Origin: Acanthaster planci
Taxonomy: Eukaryota
Assembly: GCF_001949145.1 (NCBI RefSeq)
Contig: NW_019091355.1
Coordinates: 1,390,135-1,454,134, forward strand
Length of the DNA stretch: 64,000 bases
Reading direction: 5' to 3'
Shown one piece after another: positions 1 through 15,000 of this stretch. Every line of letters starts with the position of its first letter. Positions within the stretch are counted from its first letter, which is position 1. A model generated the notes under the pieces. The model was not told the origin of the DNA, did no database searches, and saw nothing but the letters and a program-made list of their open reading frames with translations. Made by a program: the position numbers and the translations under genes.

Positions 1-3000
1 TGCAATATTCCGAAAGTAGCGAGGGTAAATTTCCTTTGCGGAAATGAGGATAGTTGATAATGTTTCGCACTGAGATGGACCTATAGTCCCGCTGCATTGG
101 AAAATTCCATTTGGGTTCTCTCGTGGTAGGGCAATGACATGAGTGGAAAGCCAACACAAGCGTCAGTTTCCCTTAATTTCAAAATATCGTGTAAAATGAT
201 ACTTAATACATTGGCGCTTCGCAGCGGCTTTTTATAAGCCGTCCAAGCGCACCACGAGCCTATTTTACTCTTAGGACACCGCCTTTATGTCTGTTTTAAT
301 GGCCCACAGGTAGATAAAGATTCAGGTTTCAAAATGAAAACATGCGTGTCCTGACAGATTAAAAAAATCACAATATATATACAAAGAACGCCACAAAAAA
401 TAAAAAGAATGCTTACTTGTAAAGCCTCAACCAAATAAACGACAGCATGTCAAAGGATGGCAGCAATAGCATCACTGATGTATTTACAGTTGTAGGCTAC
501 CCTTCATCACATCTTCGTAGACTATTACATTTTTAGTAAATATGAACTGGGATGCTACAAATATCTTGGAATCGAATGAAACATACATCAGGTCGTTTCC
601 ACCGTTTCCAAAGTAAAAACTGCCACACTTTCCACAAGGCGCATGACTAATCAAATAACATTCATGTTGAAATTGAGCGAAATTAATATCAAAAGAATGG
701 AGAATGCTCTACGGCTGCAAAAAGCACCAATATTGGTTTGTTGTTTGTTGTTGTTTTGTCTGTTTGTTTTTTTCCGGGACTTTCCCTCAAACTGGAATAG
801 CACCATGTTTCTCATGCCACTCCGATTCACAGTTTATCCAATAGTATTGCCAATTCTCTTGCTAAGATGACAGGTCATAACGCGTCCCAAACAAGACAAA
901 ATCTCGACTGGGTGAATGCAATTTCCCAAAGTAAATATCATTAAATACATTCATTAGGTACCTCACACCATTGTATTTTAACCATCACTTCTTATTCAAA
1001 CGTAACCCTTTATCTACTGGTAAACAGTCTTGTTCTTTGAATGTTCTGATCATGGCGACGACTCAAGCGGTCTGATACTCTCCTGCCATGTTTACTTGGC
1101 CTAGTTGACGCCTTTAGGGCTCTGGCCGTGCTTCAAGGCAGTCATAGAGCGGCCACTTCCTGCCACGGTGAATTAAGCAAAGCTTTATAGGAAAAACAGG
1201 TCCGAGTCATGAAACCTATTAGCTACGCCGGTCTGCGTACGGGTTAGGCTGGGGGATTCTTATCGCCACATAATCAAAGCGTCTTTTTCTCATTTCTTGC
1301 AATGCACAATTTGTGAAAGAATTTGTTAATACAATTGACGGCATTCGTGAATTCATTAGAAGTTTCGTCTGAGCCCGTAGAACGGCATGGATGTTTTTGG
1401 CGCGGTGTATACCCTCTTCCTTTTGTTTGCGTGCGTGTTTTACCCTTCAATCAGTATGGAGTTTATGACCAACAATTTGACATGATTTTAATTTCAATTC
1501 TTATCGATCTCATGATACAGAAAAGTGGTTTGGTTAAGCATTACCAAGAGAAGTGTTAAAATAGAAGTGTCGGGTTCAATGAACTCAATTTTAGTGGTGT
1601 AAATTGATTTCTGTATCCTTAAACCAAATTGAAATATCGCTTATGTCCCTTTGAAGCACTATAATTTGAATCGGTTTTTCTATTAATTAGCACAAACCCA
1701 CGTACAAAAATTCAACCCGTCCTTTAGAAACAAAATGATGTCATATACACTGCGCCCAATACAACCCACAATCTTAATATCGAACAAATTTTCAGAAAAG
1801 CAGATACATGAACAAATATTTTTCTGCAGAGCAAGATTCACAAAGACCCCTTTCGCTTCAGTTGAGGGAAAGTGCGTTCTACTGTTTTAGGCTGAGTTTT
1901 GCATATGCATACTGTGTTGTCCTCAACCCTATTAATTAATTCAAAAATTATCTTGCATCATAATTGTTTGAAAAATTTACGTCTTTATTTGACGTCTTTG
2001 TTAGCAGTACTGGGCATATATTAATTAACTGGGTGACACGGCCAATATTTCATTCGCAATACTTCAGCGTGTTCATGGCTGAAGTGAGATTTTTTTTATC
2101 AAACGGCCGTCTCCCGTTGACCAGCTTCACTTAAAGACAAAAAGTGAAATCCTTCAACAGCCAAACACGTTTTTAGGTCCAAAGCATAAATTCGTCTGCA
2201 GACTGCTAAATCCACGCCCTGTTATCCATTGTCATCATTTAATAAGATCGAAACTGATATCCATAAATTTTGATATTGGACAGTAGCCCGGGGGCATGTT
2301 TAGAAGGTGCGGGTATGATCAGAAAAAAAGAAGCACAAAACTAATTAAGCGAGTGCTATCACGTCCATTCTATTATTTACACTGAGCACCAAATCGGAAA
2401 TTAAAGTGGATTTCTAAACCCTGGTTTTGATCATTTCTTGCTTCTTTGAATAGGAAACCATTCACGAAGGGTTTTCATCATCTGCGGGGATTGTTTCTCT
2501 TACCTCAAATCCATCAACATTGAACAGAATGGCCTACAATTACTCATTTTAGAGGATAGTTTTTAGTTTCTCGAAGGCACTTATAGTTGGAACAAGTCAG
2601 TGACCCATCATGTTTCCCGATACTAGGAATTGATATTCAAGTGGAAGCATGGTGTATGTTGGAGAGCTAAAGGGCATTACAAATTAATCAAAACTGCCGC
2701 GTGTTCAGGTGTTATCAGTCATTGTGTCGATTGCATCAACTTGACTGCTCGAGGCTTTCATGAACGTATGTCTGTGAAAAGAGACGAAGAAAGATGTCGT
2801 GTTAGTCATTTTGAGGAGTGAGCTGGGTGTGTGAATTTGTAAGGAAGCGCCAGACTCAACGTGTTAATGCATCCAGCGCAGTAGAAAGGCACGAGACGGA
2901 AGGGTGGGGCACGAATCCGGGCCGAAAGTTCGAATCTATAGGAAAGCGGAAAACAGATAGCTTCGGGTATGATCGACAACTCAAGACCAGCAATGGGGAG

Positions 3001-6000
3001 AAGGAACAGTTGTCTCATTTTGTTAGGAACCTGTGCAACCTACGATAACGGTCGGCACCGTCGGAAGTAAAATCTTATTTCAGATTATGGGGTCCGTCCG
3101 GGAACATAATAGATAGTCCCAAGTGTCATTATTTCATTCTTAGTCGACAATTCTAACATCCTAAAATCGAGTTACAGCGGACATTGATGCATCCATTGGC
3201 AACTTCCCTACATTCAAATTAACTTTAACAGACCACTATTTACCTGGAAATGGGCCAGACACATTGGATCAAGAATAAATTCATGAAATTGCTACAAAAT
3301 AACTTCAAAACCGCACCGCAGGTCTTAGCAAAGAGGACACCAATGAGCATGAAGACGTGAATGAGCTACTTAATAATTCGAGCTGTTGGAACCGCTCATC
3401 ATTTTGTGACTGTTGTGTTTCGTACGGCTCATGAAATTCAACAGCTAGTGTAACTTGACACTTTCTTTTGACAGCTTACACTTGAATAGTTTATCGAGGT
3501 CCCTGACGTATCCTGTATGCCTGAGGAAAAATGAGTTAAATGGTACGTATTACAGTCTTAAATACGTTACATGGGGACGCCACTCGCCGGTTTTATTGAG
3601 GGGTGTTCTATTGGAGAGAGACTTCACCGTAAACCATTTGGTTTGCCTCACAAGTCAGTTTTTTGAATTATGAGCAGGCACACTGTATTTGGAGCAAGAG
3701 AATTTGCTACAGAGCTCAGATTGTTTGGGATCTGGATAAACACCAGGAAAATGGCAAATTGAGGCGCGATACTGTTAGTGTAAACAGACTCTCAAATCCG
3801 GCAAAAATGGCCAGGCTTTAAGAATTGCAGTGGAGTGGCGTAGAATACTGTACTGAAGTGACAAGCCCTACCGCTGACCACAACCCAATGGCAAGAGCCC
3901 GATTGGGCGCATGAAAGGAACATAGGTGCATCCAACCGTAAAGAATTAACAGGCCACCAGTTTTACTTGAGGCCACATTTTGCACAATTTTCTACTGCTT
4001 TCAAATGTAAGAAACCTATCTGAAATTCCTTTCCTTACAATGAAAATGACCGTGTTTTATTGTAAATAAACATTTATAAAAATTCTTTATCTTCCTTTCA
4101 AATGGAGGCGCTATTGCTGTGATGTCATATTGAGAGCACACTGTTTGTGGAGGGGTCTGTTCAAATTGTGGGACCAAAATTTGCTCATTGAAAATACCTT
4201 GATGGAAAACAGCCGGTTTTCGGTACAATTTTAGTGCAGAAGTGGCTATAACACCAAGGTTTCTGCCTTAGAAGACGTCACACTTGTGCTCATAAGTATG
4301 CAAATTCACACTACCGTAAAAAATGCCCTTACAATATGGCACACACACACAAATCTATCTCATAAAGGAGTTGGTATTTACAAAATCTGCATTTAAAAAT
4401 CATATTACCTTGCCGGAGTATGCTCATGACTTCATGTAACTGTGATGTGACCTAGCCGAATGGCTTGAGACACCATGATTTATTAATACCGCGTTGTAAT
4501 GTGTCAAATTTGTCACGTAAGTAGCACCAGTCGTATATCAGCTGTTTCATTTCAATATAAGACTTTTATGAGGAAATGGTTTCTCCCAAATTGGAAACGC
4601 CTTCTGTTTCCCCTTTGTTTTTACTTTTCTCTTTCTCTTATTGGTTTGGAGTTGTAATTCAGAGTTGTCTCAGAAGGACACGCATTCATGGGACAATTGG
4701 ATAATTCCAATCGCAAATTCACTTGTGATAGTTTTCGAACAGGGGAGAAGTTAGTTGTAGAGGTTTGCGGTAGCACCATGCAAAGATATTTCTTTTAGGA
4801 GAATGTGTGGTTCTGAGAAGAAGCCTCCAGAGTACCCTCCAGTTCTTTTCAGAACCACACATACTCATAAAAGAGATATTCTTGCATTGTTATGCCGCAA
4901 ATCTCACCAACTCATTTGCTGCCTTCACCATGAAAAGCTTCGAAGCTCAAATACAGGCGAACAAAGGAAAGTATTCCATAGTATGTGGGGCTAACCTTCG
5001 ATGTGTCGTGGAGTCTTATAGTTTATACATTACATGCACGACATTATATGTTGCTCGGTTTCTGGGAAAAGAGCCATAAGGGCTCAGCCAGGTGAGTTTC
5101 TTATACCCGTTGTCAATGGCTTATGCATTATAGACCTTACGCTAGGAGCAGTCACGCTTCATCATATTCAACGTCAAGGAAGGAAGAAGAGATACAAGTT
5201 TTATGCCAGCGTAACACCTGTCAGGATGGCGGATTACCGTCCAGTTTTGGCCTGAAACAAGTACCGGAAACCCACCCACCTGCACGGAAAAGCATTTTGT
5301 CTGGCGGTGTTAGCCCCTAGCCGGGCTTCGTTGTTGCCTAAGCTCAATCACCGGGCGGTGTGACGTTATGAAAACTGCGTCATTCGATCGAGTGTCTTGC
5401 ACTTTCAAGCCAGTTCAAACATACTAAGTAAGATTTTTAAATACAAATTATATTTTTCAAGTCAATTTAGGGAATTCAATTTTCACGTTATAATGTTACT
5501 CTTGAAATTGGGTTAAACGGTAATCACCTTTAATTGAAAAATGGATAATTGATTTCAATGTTATTTAATTACTTCTTTTACCAGCTTCTGGATGGTACTA
5601 ATGTTTTCTGCCACTCTGGAAAAAGCGCACCCCTTCCTAAAATAAGTTCTGTTGACATTGTCAACGACGACAATAATTTGTTCTCAGCCAGAAAATGTTG
5701 TCTGACTCATCTCCCACGACAGACCAGGATCCTGGCTCGATATGTGGCGTGACTTGGGTTAATTTTTACAAGGCTGGTTTGTTTTGTAGAGTAATCTGGG
5801 TGAAATTTCGAGTCAAATGCAATATCGTCCCTTGTTTCTTTTTCTGCACTGAAATAAAATACAACTTTTCAATAAACCAACGTCACACTTTCTCTCTGAA
5901 TCGGAACTGTGGAGAACCATGCATGTTGGTGAATGTACATGTGACGTTTGGCAAAAAATGCAAGAAAATGGCATCCCTGTTTCATCTAGGATTAAATTCT

Positions 6001-9000
6001 CACATACAGGAATGGCACATATCCCAACTGCTTTTCTTTCACTCGGGTAAATTTCTAAAATGGAAAAAGAGGTCAATGCGACAGTGACCTATTTTGCATG
6101 AACGCTGTGCTGGTGCAAGAATGTACGGAATGTAAGACGGGAAAGTCGATAACAAATCCTTCAATTTTTGGATGAATAAAACTACACGACTGTTGAAATC
6201 ATCCCGGATGGTTATATCAACAATTCACTTGGCATGTAAAAGGATTACGTGTCTGACGGAATTCTTGTGGTGGAGTTTGGAGCTGGACTGCGGTCATGGA
6301 GTTCAATCGGCCTTAAACTTCACCGGAGTATTTAGAGAATATTGCAATTGTCGTTATAAAAAGGTTACTTTCAAAAGTTTGTAAGTCTGTGTTTTGGGGC
6401 CTTGGCAAAGAAAATTCAATCTGAATTCGTCTTTTGCCCCATAAAATACTTTATCGTGTGAAAGACAAAGTTACTGCATCCCCCTTGATGTGACCGCATT
6501 ATGTTCATATATATGTCCAACATCTAGTCAGCCCCCCACACACTTTAGCGTGAAGCCCCCCCCCCTGTCCTCCTGCCCAGAATCCTGGCTAAGCCGCTGA
6601 CAGACTAGCTGCATTTGTATTTTATTATTACAATGGGTCTACGTATGTACATGTACAAGCAACAGAGTGTAGCACCTTTCGTAACCTACCTCCATGACCC
6701 AAACAGACCAGAAATGGACCCATCGTATCTGCCAAGCTGACGCTTACAATCAATGCGTGCAACACAAGTTGGTTAGCATCTCCAGTTAATTAAGGTAGGC
6801 TACACAACCTATTATTCTACCCACGTGACAGACCCCAGAGACCGAATCAAGAATGAGCACGTGGTACCGTAGAGTAACTTAGGTTACACCGCTTAACGTC
6901 AGGCCTACATAAAATTGCCCGAAACACAGGCTGCCGGAATTATTCTCACCTCGAATTCTTCTAGTGTTGATGTTGACCAAGCACTCAACGCGTGTTTAGG
7001 GGCGAAAACATCACTGTAGACAGCAAATTTCAACGAAAACCAGTCACGAAAAGGCGCAAATTTAACAGCTCCCCGTTTCGTGGTGACAATGGCGGATGTG
7101 TGCAGTGGCGCGGGTACGCACCGCGGCCAATTGCTGCCTTGTATGCAGGCGTGTTACCATGTTAGGACTTTTGACCAATGAAAGCTCGTCATTTTGCGTG
7201 TTCTGCGCGTATCCTGTGATTTGTAAACAATGGTTATAAGGGATCGTCTAAAAACTCCGCATTTCTCGTTTCTTGCAGATAAACAAGATCGAATTTGCGC
7301 TTCATCACAAATGAAGTGAAGTACAATGTACTCTACACTCCTAAAGGTAAGCTAAGATGGCAAGCTAAGATGGTTGTTGGATCAGCTAAGTATTTCCGGA
7401 ATCCTACCAATTACAGTTGAGGACTGTGAAAATAAAATTCAGTATTTGTTTCCTTTTAATTTTTTCTCAAGTTCTTAGTTGCCATCTACTGTAATTATAA
7501 TATTTTAGATGAAAGACTGCTCTAGTCCTTCGTCATGAACCAAAACAGGAATTTGACAAGATAATTCTCCCTTATCCCACAGGAACGAATGGCCCACACA
7601 GAGAATTGCTGGAGCACACGCAAATGATCCTGACTTAAAAAGGATTATGATTTCTTTTAAAAAATCGGTCTAACTTAGCATCTCAAAAATGAATCATCGT
7701 AAGCTAAGAAAAAAAACCTGCTTTACAAAGTGCGGAGGCACTCTGACGCATCCAATATGTATTTAGTGAAGTTAATCTTTATTGTAGTATTCATTTCGTA
7801 TTGATATAAACATTGCCCAAGTGGTATAATAAACTTGTTTTGTGAAAAAAAAAACCTCGATAAGAAATAAAAATTAACTTGCAAAATGAAGAGATGCAAG
7901 ACATAATAGATCAAGATAGGTGCCAAATACATGTATAGGCAAACAGCTGCAAGTTACAGGTGGAGAGGTCGTAGGCTATACAAGAATCCAAGTTGTTTAG
8001 TATGATTTGGACTTGCTTTGAATAATCAAGAGACAATACGAACAAGAAAGTTAGCCCATCTGAGAATTTGAATCCTTCCAATGTTGCACTGTTAATGGAA
8101 GCAAAGGCAGAAGGCAACAATGAATCCGAAAATAAATTCTCATGCATTGCCGACAAAAAATAACATTCAACAAATAAAACGTATAGGCCTATTAGCACCT
8201 TTTCATATGAGAGACAGTTTCAAGTCAAAATACCACTCGAAGATTTTGATACAAAGACCCAACCTCCAATAAACTAACTAGTCTGCTCTCTAACGAATCC
8301 GTTCACCACTCCACGTTGCGGCAGGGCAGTGTGAGGAGATAATTTTCACGGAATGAGCAAACCATAATTGGCTCGGACGCCGAACCACTCGCTGCTTCTA
8401 CACATGGAGCGCATTATTGCGCTTATTGGATTCGCTTTGAACAAGAAATTAGATTTCGAACGGATTTACGCAGGAAAACAGACTGGGCGCACCGGAATCC
8501 TAAGCCTGGGACCTCATGCCAAGTCTCGGTCCGGGCCGATCGTGCAGTAATGACATAAGGAACCTACACGAGTACCCTGCGGGAGAGCGCGCTCCAATAA
8601 GCCACACGCATTTAGGCTCCAACCGGGATATTATTCCCCAATCACTCGCACATAATCTCCTTGCAGTTGAACGCACGCCAGATAAAAATCGATGAACTCT
8701 GTGTCTCAGGAAACTTACTTTTTTCATTTCGCCCAAGAGTGCTAACCACCGAGACCTCCATACTTTTCTCTTTTTCCATATGTGATGGTAGCAGCAATTC
8801 CTATTCTCCTTTCAAAATGTAACCATATCACAAAGGATGGTTACAATTATTGTAACTTATTATAAGAAGGCAACAAAGTATTCGTCTGTTGCCAATTCAT
8901 GTTTGTCTCGTCTGTTGTACGATATTTTTATTCCTTTTGTGTATTTCCTGAACTTATTATTAATCTGGTACAATATACATGTCCTGAATGTACTTCCTCC

Positions 9001-12000
9001 GGATGGCCAGATAATGAAATTAATTTGCAAGGGCAATACAGCAGTATATAATTGACCTGTAGCATAGTGTTGCCTGCCACACAGGGTAAGATGTTGGGTC
9101 ATTATCACGCAGCAATCTTTTGGATTCTGCAGGGAGGCATTACCACGAACTATGGTCCCACCATAAGATCCCATCTCCTCCAAGATAGGATGGACTACCG
9201 TCTATCCATGGAGCAAGGACCCTCTGGTTTATCCACGCACCACCTTGGGTACCATCACCAGGTCTTCTCGACTCTGTAGATAGATGATACACTGTGTTCG
9301 TGCAGGATTTGAGCATAGTGGTCAAAGACATGTCCTTGGAGCAATAACTGCTTTGTAGGGTAAAGTGGAGTTATAGTTATCGTGGTTATTTGTGTGCTGT
9401 ATTGGAGGCCTGGCGGCTGCCAATGGAGTTCATTGCTCGCCTTCCAACTGACTGACACTAACAGCATCTTGATCCTCTTACCCGTCCGCTGTGCTCTGAG
9501 CTCCGGGTCAAGATTACATCGCATTTTCTTTTTCATTTGAATCTTTATAAGCTCGTGCACTTTTATTGTGAAAGGTGTTAGTACAGAATGAAGAGGTGTG
9601 GAGAATGTAAAGACTAGCAGGTATAAAGATGTGTTTTTTTCACTTGAAAACAGGATATTATATCCCAAAGCGCACAGATCTATCAATTCCTTTCCTAAGT
9701 GTTCTTGGCAGAAGTAGCGATTAGATATTGAAATATTGAAGACCTTTGCCCCTAATGTTGTGATGGGACAATACATGTTTCCGTTCTTGACCCAAGATCT
9801 TCTTAAAGCGGTTTGTGACAATGAAGTTCTTTTCATTTTCGAAGAAAATTCTGTTGTCTTAATTCACGGCAAACTCGTTTGTGTTTTTCCTCTCAGATTG
9901 GAATTGACGGCAAAAGATTGCAAAATTCATTGTGTGAATGTACTATATTTCCTGTTCCCCCCCAAAAAAAACTTAACAATTTTGACTGTTTTGTTATTTT
10001 TACAATTAATATTCTTAGAAATTGTTCTACGAAATACAGCAGCCCGCTAAAGAGAGAGGATTGCACTCTGTCGACATTTAGTGCAATCGAAGAAAAAAAG
10101 AACACAGCCGCTGACAGTGGACTTGAGTCAGTGAGTGAGTCTTAAATCAATTTTCTGTTTTCAAATATGCTTGAAGCTGGATTCTGCACAGAGTGCTTTC
10201 AAGGAAATTCTGACTCACACAGGAAACCTTTTACAATTAGGTCTATTTAGGTCCCCATCATGGGCAAATTACCAGGAATTTACAGCGGTGTCCGAGCCAA
10301 CTCGCAATAAATCAAAAAGCTCTTAGACCAGATTAATTTCCCATTAATCTTCGCCCCTTCAAACGTATTTTGAAACATCTTGGTTCCGATCTTTCCAACG
10401 TGTTTTGTTCGTTATTAAGACTTGTGAACACGGAAAATGTTCCTAAGACTGCTTAGCACACTGTTCTGCTTATAACAAATTCCGTTTTCTTGGATACCTC
10501 GGGCTGTGATTTATAGTTCAGTAGCGAGTATGGTCTTGTTTGGAGACAGAAGATTTGCTAGTCACAGCGACCCGACTGATGGATGCTGGCAACAACTGAT
10601 ATCTGCTTGCACTTCCTGGGGAAAAATACTATGTTTCATTTGTGATTTATCAGCTCCAGGTTACTGGTTTCCAAATGCAAACCTTTTCAGATGAAAAGAC
10701 CATTGGTTTCCCTATGCCTTCTGCAGAGGACACCTGTACTGATGAAAGATGACCTACGATGATAGAAGTACATGCAATAATCAGCGTTATCAGTCAAACT
10801 TTGTCAATGGCAGTGCACCCAGGCGTCGTGGGGAGGGCAAAGAGAGGGAGATCTTTGCTCACCCCCCTCCCCCAAAAGATAGAATGAAAAAGAACAAAAG
10901 GGTGAATTAAGAAATGAAAAATGAGAGACGGAGGGAGTAAAAATAAATTTGCTTTACTCGCAAGTGCTACTAAAAAGGAAACCTACAGTGGTCAGAGTTG
11001 TTTCTCTGAAACCTTTAAATCGCCTGGAAACTGGAGATCATTGAGATTTACCCATCCGGTCCGGGAGCAATACCCTACTTTTTGTTCACCTTCAGCAATC
11101 AGCAAAACCTGTCAGTGGTATTTCGGATACTGCGATGTCTGGAGTAGAAGGCTTACCTCTGTAAACATCTTAGCGAACGGCTCGCAAATGTGCCCAAAAT
11201 CCAGGGTTATAAACTGAGCATACGATATTAAATTTAGGATAATTCAAATGCAATCTAGATCAATTAGCCTAATTATTTTTTCAAAACCACCTAATCATAT
11301 TGTGCATTTATATACTTCAGGCGCAGTCTATATGTCCCCACCTCCTTTTATAGATATTCGATGTTATCTATGACGTAATGACGTCACAGATTTCCCACGA
11401 ACCTTTTGATGTCAAGACCATGTACGAAGAGGTCGTTGCTGAACGCAACTATGGCTATATTCACTCGCAAAAGGCAGATGAAACAGAAAGCCATTTTTCC
11501 TCAATACATCTAATCAGGTCATGGTCTGAATGACAACTATTATGGCGGATCACAAAGGATTATGGGGGATGTGTACACATCTCAATGTGTGTCAAGTAGA
11601 TTTTCAACGAATATGACTGGTGCAGGTGAATTTTCGTCCAATCGAGAATGACAGCATATATGTTTACTTAAACCATTACCTCAATTCCTCTTAGTATATT
11701 TTTAGACTGAATCATTAATAAGAGAAATCAATTAAACTCCCCCTCCCCAAGTTAATAAATACAAAATGAAATTGTTGTCGATTGTAATGACGAATGAGGT
11801 GCCGTGGCTGGTAATGAATAATTGTCATGTGATTTGATTGATGTTGTGCATTTCATGTTTTTCATGAGGATTGTGATTGATATTACCACGTAAGTTCTTT
11901 CGGTGTTTCTAATGTTTAAAGTTGGCGATGTGACATCCATTTGCCCATTTTGCAGTTCCACCCACACTTAAACTCATCATTTTTATCTTTCTGGATGATT

Positions 12001-15000
12001 CAAGTCTTGGGTACATTGCATTTTTACCATCGATGTTACTGCCACACAGAATCTGCAGCAAGAAAAGGCAATTATTCAGCGAAAGAAATTAAGCTTAGCA
12101 TTGCTGGAATTGATGAGGTCTCCAATTTGTTGACCTGAATCTAGTGGTGTCGTAAACACAGTGAGAAGAGGCTAAACTGATGCAATTTCCTGCGATTGCC
12201 TGAGATGTGGACCAAAATTGGAGATGGTCCTTTCCGCTCCTGTCGTCTGTGAGGCGCTGAATTTTTCCCAGACCTCAGCTGAGATAGGAGATGACAACAC
12301 CGATTAACTACACAATATACATTTACACGCTCCGACAGCATCTGAGGTCAGAATAGTTACTCTGAACGATACTTAAGATGTGATTAATATCGAGGGATTG
12401 TCACGGATATTAAAAACCACCCCATTAAGTCTATCGGGTTGGTGCTTGTCCACAAATTGGCATTTTAAACCAACCACGCGTATTCAAGATATCGGGTTGC
12501 CGGAAACAGAGCGATTACGATTACAAGCTATCAAGTCAACTTGTCAATTTCTCCAAGCCAGGATAGACTGTTTTACTTCTCTATTATTATTTGCCGTAGG
12601 ATATAACTTGAGTCTATTGCGGTGTATGTTATGATTAATAGTGGCATTTAGTCCTTGGACGTACGGCCTGCTTGGATGGATATGATAAATTCATTTGCAC
12701 TGTGCTCTCGTGGCTAAGATGGAGGCTTTCAAGCAAGCAGCTGAGATGCCAATCTGCCAATCACGCGGCGCCTGTAGTGAGTTGCAGATAGAGTTACATT
12801 ATTGCGTGGAGGGAAAAATGTTACCTTGGGAAGATCACTTGGTACATCGCTGAGATTTTTTTTCAAGAACTGAATTAACGACATCGGGTGCTAAGTGCTT
12901 AGCTGAGTGTCCTAAGGTTTAACTAAAGTGCAGTCTGATATTGCTGTACATGGCAAAAGCGCCCATCTTTGCAACATACGAAAGGTAAAAGTTTATTAAA
13001 ATGCTACAAAATATAAGGAAAGCAGGGACCTAATTCTTGGACCCTATACGAAATGCAAAGTGACGTGAGCGAGTGCATTTTCATCAGTAAATTCTGGGCT
13101 GCAGTCTCCTTTCTCTCGCCCTGGCGTGCAGTCTCTGCGCGAAATAGACGGATCTTATACCAAGATGATAATGACATCTACTGAAACTGTTTGGACACCT
13201 AAATAATACAGGTAACATTCGTTGGTTTAGTCGAACAATGTTTACAGTTGGACGGTTGCCTGCTTATCGACCTGACAATCAACGGTCTCAGTAGACCTTG
13301 CTTCTGCTGAAAATCCCTGCAAAGCTCCAATCTGTTTGGGCAACTGACTATTTTCAGTGAAGTGTATACCTGAGTAAACACACAAGTGAATAGCCTGAGA
13401 TTGCAGCAAAGCGGTCTGTTGATGCATGTTGAGACAAGCTAAGTTTCCTTATAAAAGCGTTTGTTTCCAGAAAGAGTTTGTTAAATGAAGTGCCAATATC
13501 AGTAAAGCGGTGAATAGAGATACATAGCTGAAGTGAGGTTTGTAGTCAAAAGTAGCTACAACACGCCTTTCAATGACCAGGTGATCCATATTTTATTCAT
13601 AAACTTCAAGATGAACGCGCTTGTCACGTTGGAACTCGCACACTCCATTTATTGTGGTCATGTGTGAATAATTTTGGGCGTCTTTCGACACCTGGATTAC
13701 CACAAAGCAAAACTGTATTTAGCCTGGAGATTTTTAAAGCCGCTGTGGTTCAATTAGCAGTCGAAGAATACAGAAAATTGAACTAACAGTTCGTTAAAAG
13801 TAGACCGTGGTCGTCGCGAGACGGCAAAAAAATATTCAAATGAAAAAATGGGAGGGGGAAACATAAGAAACAGTTGTGAAAGTTGCATGAAAAATCACCA
13901 AGTTGCTTTTTAAAAGCGCAACTTTATCCCCAGTAAATTAGTGTTTATCAGTTGATAGCGGATGAATGCTTCGCCTTCCACCCCGAATTATTATCCCCAG
14001 AAAAAAATGAGGTTTTCCCAGGAAAAAATGGCGACACCATGAAATAGACTCGCAAAGCACACTTGGACCATCTTACGTCTTTTGACAAATTATGCCCTCA
14101 AATAAGAGGGTCTTATACCGAAGCTTAAATGGATCCATCTCTCAGTCTGCACCTTATCAAAATGGGGATCTCATCGGCAAAAACAGAGGATTACGAAACG
14201 AATCAGATTTATGAATCTGAAGCTAGGAGACACAAAGAATAATTGAAACAGAAAGAAGGGGGCAGATCATAAAAAGATCGAGGAAAAAAGAGATTGTACA
14301 GATCCATCCCTTTAGGAAGTCATTGCTGATGGCCATTTCAATTTGTGTTTTAATTTCCCTTCAAAGTGTACATAAATCAATACACGTGTACCGAGGAAGA
14401 CACGCTCCAGATAATGTCAACGAACTGAGTCGGTATTAGGCCTCCCTGGCAGATGCCAGCCCCCGTGCGCTTGTGCTGCTCGAACTTGGGTTTGGGACAG
14501 CCATCGATTATTTAGCTTCTGCCAGTCTGATGTTGAATGAAAAAGAAGAGACTAACTTCAAGGGGCCGAGGGTAAAATACCTTGCGGTGTTGTTCTTGAA
14601 ATATCGCTGACGCAAGACTGGTTTCAGACGTCTAATGCCAATTGTGTAAGGTTCATGCGAGTATTCGTGAGCAGAATCACTGAGCGACAGTGTCCGAAAC
14701 AGCAACTTTCAGAGTCAAAATGAAGCACAAAAAAATTAAGTATACAAACAGCATATACTTTACCGATTCCAAAAATGTTTAAAATCATCAGAATCCACCT
14801 GGTTTGGTTAACTCTTTTGCGAAGGACCGGCGTGTGTCGCTCAAATTCTTTTCTGATATTTGTATATGGATATGCGCGCGCTGACTTCCAATGTAGATAT
14901 TGTATTTCATATTGCAGTCACCGCTACGTATGCAAACAACGAAGTCCTGAAATGGAGACCATGGGATTCTGTTATCGCGGAAAACAAAATAAAAACACCT

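Noticed and set aside
411..12850. Several short ATG-to-donor phase-2 segments on the - strand (near 417, 2504, 3244, 12825)
   Set aside because: The number found is about what chance would give, and there is no promoter or homology support.
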